A stretch of 64,000 nucleotides of DNA from Lama glama (GCA_028534125.1 CM052817.1:46564001-46628000); one strand, 5' to 3'. Counted from the stretch's first letter, positions 1 to 14,110 are shown. Numbers and translations: made by a program. Notes: generated by a model not told the origin, from the sequence alone.

Positions 1-816
1 AAGATTGTGTCAAATTCCAGTGTAGAGCACAATTTTTCAGTTATACATTAATATACATATACTCATTGTCATATTTTTTTTCGCTGTGAGCTACCACAAG
101 ATCTTGTATATGTTTCCCTGCGCTATACAGTATAAACCTTGTTTACCTATTCTGCATATGCCTGTAAGTATCTACAAATTTTGAACTCCCAGTCCTTCCC
201 TTCCCACCCCCTCCCCCTTGGCAACCGCAAGTTTATATTGTATGTCTATGAGTCTGTTTTTGTTTTGTATATATGTTCTTTTTTTTTTTTTAGATTCCAC
301 ACGTGAGCAATCTCATATGGTATTTTTCTTTCTCTTTCTGGCTTACTTCACTTAGAATGACATTCTCCAGGGACATCCATATTGCTGCAAATGGTGTTAT
401 GTTGTCAGTTTTTATGGCTGAATAGTATTTCATTGTATAAATATACCACATCTTCTTTATCCAGTCATCTGTTGATGGACATTTAGACTGTTTCCAAGTC
501 TTGGCTATTGTAAATAGTGCTGCTATGAACATTGGGGTGCAGGTATATTTTTGAAGTAGGGTTCCTTCTGGATTTATGCCTAGGAAAGAGATTACTGGGT
601 CATATGGTAAGTCTATTCCTAGTCTTTTGAGGAATCTCCATACTGTTTTCCACAGTGGCTGCACCAAACTGCTTTCCCACCAGCAGTGTAGGAGGGTTCC
701 ATTTTCTCCACAGCCTATCCAGCATTTGTCATTTGTGGACTTTTGAATGATCGCCATTCTGGCCGGTGTGAGGTGATACCTCATTATAGTTTTGATTTGC
801 ATTTCTCTGATAATTA
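1..816 (-). mobile_element. Young LINE-1, 3' part (ORF2 C-terminus and 3' UTR), running off the window start
   Basis: The minus-strand ORF 290..979 contains an uninterrupted L1 ORF2 C-terminus ([45 protein letters not shown]), followed by L1-type 3' UTR. Confidence 0.95.
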
Positions 817-1330
817 ATAGTCTCTTCAGCAAATGGTGTTGGGAAAACTGGACAGCAGCATGTAAAGCAATGAAGCTAGAACACTCCCTTACACCATACA
901 CAAAAATAAATTCAAAATGGATCAAAGACTTAAACATAAGACAAGATACAATAAACCTCCTAGAAGAAAATATAGGCAAAACATTATCTCACATACATCT
1001 CAAAAATGTTCTCCTAGGACAGTCTACCCAAGCAATAGAAATGAAAGGAAGAATAAACAAATGGGACCAAATTAAATTTACAAGCTTCTGCACAGCAAAG
1101 GAAACCATAAGTAAAACAAAACGACAACCTACGGAATGGAGAAAATATTTGCAAATGTTGAAACCAATAAAGACTTGATCTCCAGAATATATAAGTAGCT
1201 CATATGACTTAATAAGAAAAAACAAACAACCCAATCCAAAAATGGGCAGAAGACCTAAACAAGCAATTCTCCAAGGAAGAAATACAAATGATCAATAGGC
1301 ACATGAAAAAATGCTCAATATCACTAATTA
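817..1330 (+). mobile_element. Inverted 5' segment of the same L1 (ORF2 fragment)
   Basis: Encodes [39 protein letters not shown]. It ends at tcactaatta, the point in ORF2 where the minus-strand segment begins. Confidence 0.92.
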
Positions 1331-2807
1331 GCGGGATCTGACTGCACAAATTCCACAGTGGTAGCCAGCGGAATAGGGGGAAAAGAAGTGTTGTTTATTA
1401 TGCCCACCTCATCATCTCATTGGCCACAATTTTTACCCTTTTACCACCATTTGACATCTTCTTGTCTTCTTTTTCCTGAAACTGGTAAAGTGCCAAGTTG
1501 ATGTCACATAACTGAAAAATCTGAATCTTGGCTTGCAGAGTTCTCAGAGGCGGAGAAACTGAGAAAAAGGGCTTCAGTCATTTACCTACAGAGGCAGCCC
1601 TGCTAGATGGCTTCTCATGAATAAACTCTGAGCCCCGGGTGAGGAATTCCTGGGTCCTGAGAACTCAAAATTAAAGACATATAATATGAGCTGCCTGTAC
1701 GCTGGGAGAGGAATGGCATGGACCCCTCTCATCACATAAGAAACTTCTTGCTGCCTTTAATGCTTACATAGTTCAGTGTGATTTTTCAGCTGCATCATTA
1801 GGTCAACAGCATATGTGAGCATGGCTTACCAAGCAACGGTCAAGGTTCTTTTTTTTTTCTGTTTGGTTTTTTGGTGGGATTCCCCGCAAGTCAGCCGATG
1901 ACCATTTAAGAATAAATAAGATTAAATTACATGAAGCTGAGGAAACTAACCCAAATATGCAAAACTGAAGTATCTTCTTACAAAGAAACAGTTTATATTT
2001 ATTGAATGTTAACCATGACCATTCTGAACAAAACCTTATGAAGTAGATGTCATTATTATATTAATTTTACTGATAAAGGAGGAAGCATAGAGAGTTTAAA
2101 TAACATTCCTAAAGTCACACAGCGCCTAAGTGGTGGAGCTTGGATTTAACCCTGAGCTTACACACATGAACATTTTTAGCAGGGTTTCTCAAAATGCATT
2201 CCACAGGAAAGTGGTTCCACAAGATTCTCCATTAAAAAAAAAAAAAGATTATAGAGTCATTTAGATTACTTTAATTCATGGAAATTCAAGATGAACATTG
2301 TCAAATAAAGGCTCTGAAGAGACCTGTTTAATAGTATCACACAATCTTTCATAAACTTACTTGAGCACAGCACACTTTTCTAAATAACCACCACTAATAT
2401 GCCAGCAAACACACAGTTGCAGAAACACAAGTACACTGTAGTTGCAAAGGATAAGATCCCAGACTCCCTTCATATTTTTTTCTGGCTCCAGACACAACAG
2501 ATCACAAAGAAGTTTGCTCCATACTTCCCAAGTGAGTCACAAATTAGAAACCGACACAAATCTCTGAACATCTATGACAGATTTGTGTATGTACATCTGT
2601 GTCTGTGTGTGGTCTTTAGTTTTTCCTGGCTGGACCATCCTCCAGGATAAACCCATCAAAGTGCTAGACATGGGTCAGAACTGCTTTGTGGCTTCCTAAA
2701 AATGAAAAAATAAAATTATAGACAGCTAGTGGCCCTCTGAGGTCATGGAAAGTTTCCAGAGGCAGGTAGCTATCAAAAATTCAGCTAGTGACTTGCCGAA
2801 AGGAAGT

Positions 2808-4289
2808 GATCATATTTTGTGCTTGTGGATTGAAAGAACTAATACTGTTAAAATATCCATAATACCCAAAGCAATCTACAGATTCAATGCAATCCCTATC
2901 AAGATTCCAATGACATTTTCACAGAAATAGAAGAAGCAATTCTAAAATTTCTATGGAACCATAAGAGACCCAAATAGTCAAAGCAATCCTGAGAAAAAAG
3001 AACAAAACTGGAAGCATCACATGCCCTGATTTCAAACTATATCACATACAAAGCTGTAGTAATCAAAGCAGTAAGGTATTGGCATAAAAACAGACAGATA
3101 GATCAATGGGAAAAAAATAGAGAACCCAGAAATATACCCACACATATATGACCAATTAGTTTATGACAAAGAAATCTAGAATATACAATGAGGGAAGGAC
3201 AGTCTCTTTAATAAATGGTGATGAGAAAACTAGACAGCCACATGCAAAAGAATGAAACTGGACCACTATCTTGTGCCAGACACTAAAATCAACTCAAAAT
3301 GGATCAAAGATTTGAACGTAAGATCTGAAACCATAAAACTCTTGAAATAAAATAAAACTCCTGCCAACTGGTCTTGGCTATTTTTAGAATTTGACACCAA
3401 AAGCAAAGATAATAAAAACAAAAATAAACAAGTAGGATGACATCAAACTAAAAAGCTTCTGCACAGCAAGGGAAATCGCCAGCAAAATGAAAAGGCAGCA
3501 CACTGAACAGGGGAAAATATTTGCAAACTATACTTCTGATAAGGGAGTGGTTAATATCCAAAATATAAGATACTCATACAACTCACTAGCAAAACAACAA
3601 CAAAAATCTACTTGATTAAAAATGGGCAAAGGACTTAGACATTTTTTACAAAGAAGACATACAAATGCTTAACAGATACACGAAAAGGTGCTCAGTATCA
3701 CTAATCATCTGGGAAACGCGAATCAAAACCACAAGGAAATATTACCTCATACCTGTTAGAATACCTCTTACCCAAAAAAACAAGGTGTAACAAATGTTGG
3801 CAAGAATATGGAAAAAAGGGAACCCTCGTGCACTGTTGGTGTAAATATAAATGAGTGCATCCACTATGGAAAATACTATGGAGGTTTATTTATAAAATTT
3901 AAACAGAACTATCAAATGATACAGCTACTCCACTCCTGCATATTTATCCAAAGAACACAAAAACACTAACTCAAAAAGATACATGCATCCCCATGTTCTT
4001 TGCATCATTATTTGCAATAGCCAAGAAATAGGAAAAATCTAAGTGTCTATTTATGGATGAATGGATAAGGAATATATATATATATTTATATATAAATTTT
4101 CTTTATCACACACACACATATACACAGTGGAAATGGAATATTATTCAGCCATAAAGAAGAAGGAAATATTGCCATTTACTACAACATGGATGGACCGTGA
4201 GCTTATTATGCTGAGTGAAATAAGCCAGACAGGGAAAGAGAAATACTCTATGATTTCACTTATATGTGGAATCTTTAATAAATACATAA

Positions 4290-4330
<41 letters not shown>

Positions 4331-4720
4331 CAGACAGATAAAAACAAAAACCAAACTGAGCTCATGGCTACAGAGAACAGATTGGTGGTTACCAGAGGAA
4401 GGGAGGAGAGGGGTGGACAAAATGGGATAAGGGAATTAAAAAGTACAAACTCCCAGCTATAAAATGAATAAGTCATGGGGATATAATGTACAGCCTGGGG
4501 ACTATAGGTAATAATAATGTACTGTATATTTGAACATTGTTAAGAAAGATCTTAAAAGTTTTCACCACAAGAAAAAAAACTGTAACTATGTATGCTGATG
4601 GATGTTAACTAGACTTATTGTGGTGATCATTTCACAATATATACAAATTTATAATCACTATGTTGTACACTTGAAAGTAATATGTTGTTATATGTCAATT
4701 ATATCTCAACAAGAAAGAAA
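2808..4720 (+). mobile_element. Older 5'-truncated LINE-1 (decayed ORF2 3' half plus L1MA-type 3' UTR)
   Basis: [15 protein letters not shown] and YYSAIKKKEILPF..W motifs with many stops and frameshifts; ends in atgtcaattatatctcaa plus an A-rich tail. Confidence 0.92.
4291..4340 (+). repeat. (TAGA)10 tetranucleotide microsatellite with CAGA variants
   Basis: Read directly from the sequence. Confidence 0.97.
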
Positions 4721-6109
4721 TAGGCCCTGTTCCCATACATCCTTAGTAGTTGTTAAAATAATACATGCTTCCATACTGCTTGGCAAATAACCACTGCTCT
4801 TGTCCTCTGAGTGCTTCTCAGTCATGCCAGCAGCCTGGGACCCCCAGGAATTCCCCAGCATCCAGGAACTAAAGGATTACAGCACAGATAAGCTCCAAGC
4901 CCTTGCTCCTGCATTTGGCCAGCATCTGTACCAAATATTGTTAAATATTTTTATTATCAACCCTGTTCAGGATGTAAATTTCTTTTAAAAAGCTGTTTTG
5001 GGAGCGCAGAGAATGAAGTGATTCATTCCAACCCTGGAGATTTAGGAAACCTATTGAAGGCAGTTGAAATATGAGTTGAGTCTGTAAGTGACCAAAATAA
5101 GCCTTTCTTCTTCTATCTAGTCTTTTTTCTTTGATGTCTCTATCAGGAAAGAAGCCATTCTTTAGTTTTAAAAAGTCATATATAAATAAAGAAAAACAAA
5201 AAGTTCAGCAGAAGTTCATCTTTGCCCTTCCAAAAGTATATGCACACTACAAGCCTCAGAGAAACAATTTTCAGACACAAAGTCCCTGTATGCAACACTC
5301 AGGGCATGCCCTAGCTCTGAGTTGTGTGGCTTTGAACAAATTACACACCTCTTTTTACTTCAGTTTCCTCATATGAAAATGAGATAATGAAAGCCCCATC
5401 CCTAAAGGTTCTTATAAATATTTAGCAGGATAATGCATGTAAAGTGCTTAACTCAGTGCCAGTCCATACAGATGCTCATTAAAGGTGGTTATTATTAAGA
5501 CAGTTGGAGTAGTTGTGCAGAAACTTGGCTTCAGGCAAATTACTTCCTCCTTCCAGGAACCCTCACATGTGTTGCGTTTTCTCAATAGGTCCTTGGCTGA
5601 TCAAAGAAAGCAATGGGTGAAGGCAGCCTCATTAGGTGGAAACCGTATAAGAATGTGGCAGGCAGCTAGTCTCAACCTGACCCACTGGTTCTGACAGGAA
5701 CAGGGTGGGTATCCAATTCCAGGACCTTCTGGTCTCACCAGTATTAAAATCATTTAACAAAACACAAATTAGAGTTCCCCAAATAAACAGGTCTTGGTAT
5801 TAATCAGGAAGAGCCTTCTTTTCACTATTATGTTATTTGCCAATGCAGAGTCAAGTGGAGAGTGTCTTCAAATAATAGTAAAAAGTAATGGCTAAAAGGT
5901 GGTGAACTCTTACTTTACAGTCTCTGGGCTCAGCACTTTATTATACATTCTCAAATTTTAGGCTCACAGTAACTTTATGAGGTAGATACTATTTTATACC
6001 AATTCTCCAGAGAAGCAACTAGATCCTTACAGAGGTGAGGTCACACACCAGGAAGTGTGTCAGTGCTTTGATCTAATTCCAAGGAGTCCAATTCCAGAGC
6101 CAGTACTTT

Positions 6110-6285
6110 TATCTTGTTTATTTTTTTAAGGTTTTATTTATTTTTTTTTAAATTTTGTAGGTTTTTTTGGAGGGTGGGGTAGGTAATTAGGTTTATTTAT
6201 CTATTTTAATGGAGGTACTAGGGATTGAACCCAGGACCTTGTGCATGTTAAGCAGGGCTTCTACCACTGAGCTACACCCTCCCCC
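6110..6285 (-). mobile_element. tRNA-derived SINE (camelid vic-1-like)
   Basis: Reverse complement reads ggggagggtgtagctcagtggtagaa..ggtcctgggttcaatccctagtacctcc (A and B boxes) followed by an A-rich tail. Confidence 0.85.
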
Positions 6286-8409
6286 TATTTTTAATAACTC
6301 TTCTGCACTGTCTACCTGAGCCAAACCCACTACCTTGCTGAAATAATTCATTCTAAGTCACCTACAATAAACTGTGTACAAGTGAAATTGATGCAGTTTT
6401 CAATGACCAGAGAAACAACCAGAAGTTTATCTTTTAGACCAGGATACCTACCATGTCTCACCAGCACTTTACCTATCTTACATGGTTTCCAATGATCAGA
6501 AACTCTGGTGTTACTTGAATAATGCCAACTCGATATTTCATCGGTCAAAATATTTTCTAACTGCATATGATTTATTCATGAGTCTTTCTGATCTCTAAGC
6601 AGGGATTATTTCTCAATACTACAACCTCTGTCATCAGTTAAACCATTAGTAATCCCAGCTTAAGATGAAAGGCAATGATGAGGTCTAGGTATCTTAAAGT
6701 CATGTGGATGGTAAGTGAGAAGATTATGTGATCAAGTAGTCAGATTATTACACTGAAAACAGTGAAATCAATCCTAGAATTTAACTGTCCTGAAACTAGG
6801 AGCCTTGTGACTGAATTGGTTGGTTATTTGTTTTGGCATTGTGAAGAGCTTGCCTCTCAATAATTTTTTTTTTTTGAAAGCAGTCCATTTTATCTTGGAG
6901 ATGTATGTAGCACTCTGCATTGGGTATATGAAGAAATTAAGAGAGAAATTCCCAGCTGTTGAAAATCTTATATTTTAACTTGAAAATAAAGGGATTATAG
7001 AAAAGATATTTAAGAAAATTTAAAACAAAATTTTGATGCAAAATGGTGAGCATATCTATCACTGTACAGATTATTTGGGCACCTGTCTTGCAAAGTCAAG
7101 CAAATTTCTAAGTTGATGCTACTGGTGTACAGGCTCCATGTAGAACTGCTGACGTTGTTATATGTCTGAATTGGGATGGACACAAATGATGATAATCTTA
7201 CTTACACATTTGTTTCTCTGTGGCAGACAATGCTTTCATTTAATCTTCCTTCCAGGCCTCTGACGTAGGTGAGGAAAGTGAGTCAATGAAGTGAAAAGAG
7301 GTGAAGCAATTCACTTGAGGTCATATAACTTGCAAGTGGCAGAGCTGGGATTTGAAGCCGGAACATACGGCTCCAGAATCTGGGATTGCCATCACCATAC
7401 TTTGACTCAGTGTTACTCTTCAAAGGTCAGCTTTAAGCCCAAGGCAACTGCTACTCATAAGGAACCCTAGGTGAGGAAGTTCTTAACCTGGGAAGATTAC
7501 AAGAGCTAGTCAGGTGGAAAATGACAGAAAGAGCACAAACTAACTGGCCAGAATGACCAGCCCTCATAGAACCACTGCTTACCAAGAGAGTGCAAGGTCA
7601 GGGTAACCCCCAGAGGAGCCGCTATGTGCAAATGCCCCTCTGACCCTCAGTGCTCATGTTTCCAGAGAAAGGAAGGGTACCTGGCATCATGAGCTCCCCT
7701 GAGGATCGTCCCTACAGAATATAAAGTGTTGCAGCAAGTGACCAATAGGGACTGATAATAAAGAAATCACTGGTCTCTGCCATTCAGAAAATTACATTCT
7801 AAAGTTCCTTATTAGAAGGTATTTTGGATTCTCACTTTCCTCAAGCTTTCCTCATGTATCTGTAATCATTTCAAGAAATGTCTAGTATTACACAGTGGTT
7901 CCATCTTTTTCAAACTGAGAAATGAGTTGACTGTCAAGATTCATAAGTCAACCCATGAAAACCAGTCAAACAAGTTATAATAAACACTGAGCCCTCATTC
8001 AAGGTTTGCTCTGATTCAGACATAGGCATCAGTGAGGCTTAGCATGTGATGAGCTGGCTCCCAGCACTACTGATATCCCTCAGCTGTGGATTCTGGGACC
8101 AATGTGCAGGAACAAGCTTGGGAAGAATAGAGGGCTTTGTGCTAGGAAAAATCCCCACATCTGCTGTATATGGGCCAGATAATGCCAATTCATGAGCTGA
8201 CAGAGTCAACACCACTTGCTACATTCTCAACAAGCTGGAAGGTCATTGCCAAGCTGCCTGAAGTATTGTAAGAGGAGAATTAAGGAGTAGTCATTAATGT
8301 CAAAACAAGGACTTTGTTTGGGGATGACAAGCCTGCTGATGGTCCCCATGGGCCAGTGTAATTGCCTAATTCAGAGATAGTTTGAACAATAAAGAAAGAC
8401 AGCTGCTAA

Positions 8410-8885
8410 CGGTGTGATATAGACTGACCGTTGTCAATCTAATAGCCTCTCCTCCCCCTTTTCCCTGCTAAGAGGATCCTGACTTGGCCATGTGTTCTCC
8501 ACAATATGACAGTCTGAACTCTGCCCAGGGATGAATTACGAGTGGTCTAAGTCCATCATGATAATCTCACTCTTCTTTGCCAGTAATTGGTTCAGGGATT
8601 GACCTGTGACCTATTCCTGCCAGTTAGATGACAGGACAGTCCACTAGGAATTCTTCTGGGCAGGACTTTCTTCCTTGATAAAATCAAGGTATATGATACA
8701 TGCCTCCTTTCTACCAAAGACACCATCCTGTGCAGGTATGAGACTCAGAGTTACCACAGCCATCGTGGAACCATGATGAAACACATTGTCAATGTGATAG
8801 GATCAGGAGGACCTTGATAACATGAGTTGTTGAGCACATTCTTTAAACCATCATTTCATGATTTCCTGTTCTGTAATCATAATAC
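8410..8885. mobile_element. Old MaLR (MLT1-like) LTR remnant
   Basis: Degenerate MLT1-type motifs (gtggtctaag..gtaattggttcaggga..gtgacctattcc..cagccatc..accatga). Confidence 0.5.
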
Positions 8886-9254
8886 ACAATTATTTACGCA
8901 AATGAGCAAAGTCCCTTGTCCCAGGCTCAAAGAGGGCAAATAGGAAGGGCTGGGATTTCAAACCTAGATATAGCTGACTCAGTCACCATTGGCTTGGTCC
9001 TCTGTGCCAGCCTAAAGAAGTAAAAACTGAGAAAATAGGCAATGGATATTAACTATCTTGGCTCTCTCCTTTAAAGAGTGTCCTGGTCCACCAGTAAAGT
9101 GGATATCCCCATGATATAGCCTGGACAAGTCCCAGATCTTTCCAGGAGTTTCTGTTTTCTGTGCCAGAAGCTGAGATCAGCTGTAGAGCAGCTGGTGACA
9201 TACTGACCAGTGGAGTTTAGCCAGATGATCCCGGACAACACAATTCAGTTTATT

Positions 9255-9400
9255 TGTGTCTTTTTTAGAATTCCATGTATGAGTGGTATCATATGGTATT
9301 TTTCTTTCTCTTTCTGGCTTACTTCATTTTGAATGATGATCTCCAGGTCCATCCATGTTGCTGCAAATGGCATTATTTTATTCTTTTTTATGGTGAGTGA
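9255..9400 (-). mobile_element. Short L1 fragment (end of ORF2)
   Basis: Closely similar to 285-420 (atatggtatttttctttctctttctggcttacttca..gttgctgcaaatgg). Confidence 0.85.
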
Positions 9401-9784
9401 GGACAGTTCAGTTTAAAGCTGCTTTAGGGATTCAAATCCAAATCTCAGAAGTATCAACAATTCCTTAATAGCTTTCCATGTTAAAAAAAATGGCATGAAT
9501 AAGCATTCTTCTTCTTGATTTTTAGTTGTACATTAATTAGCTTTAAAAATTTTTCAGAGCAGTCAAATAAATTTCTGAAGATGTTCACATTATGTAAAAT
9601 ACTTTAACAATTTTTTCTTGAAAAAAACTGTTAGTCATTTTGTACTGAGGACAGAGGTATATGTTTTTCACCAGTCAAAGTTATTTTAAGAAGGGTAGAG
9701 CAATTTGAAACACTCCTGGAGAGAAAATAACATTCTACTGTCGTGGATAAAGATGACAGAGGCCTCAGAAGTAAAAGCAATTCC

Positions 9785-10136
9785 TGGGAGAAATGCATAA
9801 CAAATCCACAATGAGATAGCACCTCACTCTTGCTAGAATGACTATCGACAAAAAGACAAGGCATAAATGCTGGTATGCATGTGGAGAAAAGGGAACTCTC
9901 CTGCAGCCACTGTGGAAAACAATATGGAGATTCCTCAAGAAATAAAAATAAAACTACCATACTATCCAGCAATTCCACTTCTGGGTATTTACCCAAAGAA
10001 GACAAAAATACTAATTCAAAAGGTATGTGCATACCAGTGCTCACTGCAGCATTATTTACAACAGCCAAGATATGGAAACAACCAAAGTGTGCATTGACAA
10101 TTGACTGGATAAAGAAAATGTATACACACACACACA
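9785..10136 (+). mobile_element. L1 ORF2 3' fragment cut by the assembly gap
   Basis: [17 protein letters not shown] and AALFTTAKIWKQPKC..DWIKKM motifs. Confidence 0.9.
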
Positions 10137-10636
10137 NNNNNNNNNNNNNNNNNNNNNNNNNNNNNNNNNNNNNNNNNNNNNNNNNNNNNNNNNNNNNNNN
10201 NNNNNNNNNNNNNNNNNNNNNNNNNNNNNNNNNNNNNNNNNNNNNNNNNNNNNNNNNNNNNNNNNNNNNNNNNNNNNNNNNNNNNNNNNNNNNNNNNNNN
10301 NNNNNNNNNNNNNNNNNNNNNNNNNNNNNNNNNNNNNNNNNNNNNNNNNNNNNNNNNNNNNNNNNNNNNNNNNNNNNNNNNNNNNNNNNNNNNNNNNNNN
10401 NNNNNNNNNNNNNNNNNNNNNNNNNNNNNNNNNNNNNNNNNNNNNNNNNNNNNNNNNNNNNNNNNNNNNNNNNNNNNNNNNNNNNNNNNNNNNNNNNNNN
10501 NNNNNNNNNNNNNNNNNNNNNNNNNNNNNNNNNNNNNNNNNNNNNNNNNNNNNNNNNNNNNNNNNNNNNNNNNNNNNNNNNNNNNNNNNNNNNNNNNNNN
10601 NNNNNNNNNNNNNNNNNNNNNNNNNNNNNNNNNNNN
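10137..10636. other. Assembly gap (500 N)
   Basis: Run of N. Both gaps are exactly 500, suggesting a placeholder size. Confidence 0.99.
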
Positions 10637-12048
10637 AAGCACCATGCTCAGGGCTGTATACGCATTATTCCAATGAACACTCATAGCAGTTCTGCAAGGA
10701 AGATTCTACTAATTTCATTTTACAAATGAAGGTGCTGAGGCAAGGAGAGGTTATTGACTTGCATAAAACCTCTCTGCTTGTAATAGCAAATCTAAGACTT
10801 GAATGGCTCCAACCCATCTAGAGCCTATGTTTTTAGCCCAATACTGCCACTTATAGGTAAAATGGGATATCACTTCCTCTAGGGATAAGATTTAAAATGG
10901 AAAGCCCTGGACAAGACTCATCAGCAATCTCTGCCCTGTTCTCCCTGCCCAACAGATCTCTAAGTTTCCTTTAAGGATTACCAGTACAAACAATGTGGTA
11001 ATCACGCAGTAACCATAATGTTCAAGTGGACTTATCCACTTCTGGCTCCAGGGCATGGTCAATCAGCATATTCTCACACTGTTTGCAACAACAGTCAATG
11101 TTCCTTAGTTCAAGCTTCATGAAGAATAGGAAATATCATTTGATGTTGTGAAAAGTGCTACTTTCTACCCTGGAAATGGACAAGGAAGCATGTAGCCCCT
11201 TTGTGACCACAGGGTGACATCCTGGCTGCATATAAAGCCAGAATGATGAGATAGAGCCAAGATCTCAACCAGAACATGTCTGATGTTATGTGAGCCATTA
11301 AATCCACATTATTGTTTAAATCCCATTGACTCAGGTTTTCTTTAACTGAAAACTCTTCATTGATAAATAGATACCAATACTGTCAACCTTGATGATTTTA
11401 AATGAGGGATTTACATTCTACATGCTATAGTTCTAATAAACGCCTCATTGTGGACATTTTCCTGAAGATAAGAGGTATAGAGTTATCCCCAGACCAAATC
11501 AGTGATCAGATCATTTTTATGCAGCTCATCTAGATTTTATCATTTGAAATTCACCATGATACGTTCATAAGAATAAAGGCATTCACACTGAGTCAGTCAT
11601 ATTCCTTTTCACCAACTTGTGTAACTGTGTGACATACAAGTTCTGTCCAACTCAGGGAAAATAAGCTACATTTTCTGAGTATTTGGAGGAAATGTTATCA
11701 GTCATAGGTGCCTTTTATTCTAAGAACAGGAAGCAATGTTGAGAAATAAAACATGACCAAACTGATTGTTTCTCATTTTATTCAAAACCATTTCCCCATG
11801 ATCTTTTCCTCTAGAAATTCAAAGAATTACATGCATAGAGCATGACTCAGTCTCTCCAATGACCTCACTCATTGACAGTTGCATAATTTGGCCCCCCCAT
11901 GTTGGATCTGTACACAGCTTCTGCCATCATAACAGACCCCTCTCAACCTCTGTCCCATTTACAACTCCATCTACTTCCTGCAGGTGTTTCGTTGGTCTTT
12001 CTACTTACCCGCAGGGAGCTGGATCCGCTGCTCTGCTCAAGTTCGGAG

Positions 12049-12682
12049 TGATGCAGGGAAAATGGATGTGGGGCGTGAGAAGGGCTGTGTCCCAGGTCTC
12101 AGTTGAGCCCCTGGGATGTTCCCAGCCAACTGTGGGTCCTTGGCTTCTCACAGAAAAGAATTCAAGAGCGAGCCGCAATTGAGTAAATGTAGATTTATTC
12201 AGAGAGATACATTGAAAGGCAAGAGAAAGACCACGAGGTGTGGGGATTGGGTGCTCAGATTAGAGTATAAGTAGGTACACACTCCACAGACAGAGTGTGG
12301 GCAGTCTCCAAACGGACAGAGAGGCAGCAACCTCGAGGCACCATGCTGCCAGTTTTTATGGGCTCAGTGGCTTCATATGCTAATAAGTGGAATGACCAGT
12401 CTGACTAGCCTGGGGAAGGGGCTCGGATTCTCAGGAAGTTGGCCGTTTCTCACTCTTTGACCTTCTGTGGCTAGTCTTGGGACTGCCATGGCACCTGTGG
12501 GCATGTTATTCACCATGTTAATATATTACAATGGGCCTATAATGAAGCTCAAGTTCTACTAGAAGTCAAATTTCCCACCATCCTGAGCCTCAAGGCCTGC
12601 TGGGGGTTGAATCTTCCACCATTTTGATGTTAATTGCTGTAGCATTCCTTGAATAGCTGTGCCCTGCCCCCTTCCTGTCTCA
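12049..12682 (-). mobile_element. Solo ERV1-class LTR (MER41-like)
   Basis: Minus strand runs tgagacagg...tccattttccctgcatca (TG..CA ends). GGAG flanks both sides (12045-12048, 12683-12686). It has a cataaaa TATA-like box and AATAAA, and is homologous to 17816-18411. Confidence 0.8.
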
Positions 12683-13839
12683 GGAGGAAACCTCAACGTT
12701 TCAAAATGCCATGCAATCAAATGACAAGTAGTGCACCAGACAAATAGAAACTGGATTGTCATCTCTGCATAAGCATTTCTATGGTAAAATTGTTTAAAAG
12801 AAGAAATATGTAAATATATATACTGGTACATATATGTTAAAACTTATAAGGTAAGTGAGTAGGAAATTTTTTTATTAACAGGCACTTTCATTAGAGCAAG
12901 TTGATAAAATTTCTCATCTGAATTATTCAAATTCAGATAAATTTTTTAGACTTTGTCGACACAAAGTTTCAAAATTAACTGAAAAAAAAATTTCTTTACA
13001 CAAGAAAAAAAAATTGGGCAGAATTTTTATGAGTCCACATATACCTGAGCTGAAGTTATTTACAAAGCATGGGCTATACAGAAACATAGATTTTGATGTA
13101 TGCCACAGCAAACCTGCATGCCCCTTTTGAAAAGCAATTATGCCAGCAGTCAGGAGGTAGAGAAATATAAATGTGCTTGAGTTAATAATACTGATCCTGA
13201 GATTTTATTTTATGGATTTTTTTTAATAAGAGAAAAAGTACATGCTTAAGATGTTACCATCAAAATTATTAATGGTAATTAAAATTTAATAGGATCTTAA
13301 TTCAAACAATAGCAGAAGTTTTAAATAAATTTGTGTCTAAGTCCTCTAGCTTGTCTACTAAGTCTTAACTTCAGTGATCATCACTGGAGCCGCAATGACC
13401 CATCAGAGTTGTCTTGCTTGGAGTCAAATGGTTCTTTATTCCTCTACCTTATCAGTCAGTGGATGTGGGCAGAGCCCAGAGGGGACAACCTCGGGTGAGG
13501 TCAGCTCTCCGTGGTGCTGGAGCAATCGCTGAGGGGTCTGAGTTGAAGGCCAACTGCTCACAGTAGTCCAGTAGCCCAGGCGATGGAGGAGAACATGGGG
13601 TACAGTCATGTCCACTGCAGTCCACCCTCAGCACTGCCCGCATCCACTTCCTCACACAAATACAGGGAGCAGCTCTTCCAGGATTCTTGGAATCTCTTTC
13701 TGGGGGAAGTTTGGGTAAGGAAATTAAGTGGGAAGAATCACAGTTCCCACCACTGGCACTGATCTTGGAATTGCACCTGACACAGTCTCCCCCTTCAATA
13801 TCCATTGTAGATTTCCTTTCTCTTCATCTGGCACCTCTG

Positions 13840-14110
13840 CTTGTCTTAGAGGTTCCTGGTTCTCTAAGAGCCTAAAGGCCTGATCACCATGATCCTCTCA
13901 AGCCAGGATTACCATACTTCTCTATTTTCCATCAAAACTGGGGCAAGAGAGTGTCAAGAGGCACCTAAGTGGACTCCACTGATGTGGGGGCCCACATAAC
14001 ATCACATTCAATCAGAGGACACACTTTCAGCAAAGGAGATGAAGGAGTCAACCCATGACCATGAGCTCCGCTGGTACTTAACACAGTGCCTGGCATCACG
14101 AAAGCTTTCA
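13840..14110. mobile_element. ERVL/MaLR internal-region remnants
   Basis: ggacacactttcagcaaaggag..cccatgaccatga..ctggt resembles degenerate ERVL/MLT internal (integrase-region) sequence. Confidence 0.45.

Noticed and set aside
290..1234. ORFs of 229, 128 and 81 aa as host genes
   Set aside because: They are L1 ORF2 pieces or their antisense, fused across the inversion junction.
9875..10729. ORFs of 284 and 210 aa
   Set aside because: Artefacts of reading through the N gap; the real part is L1.
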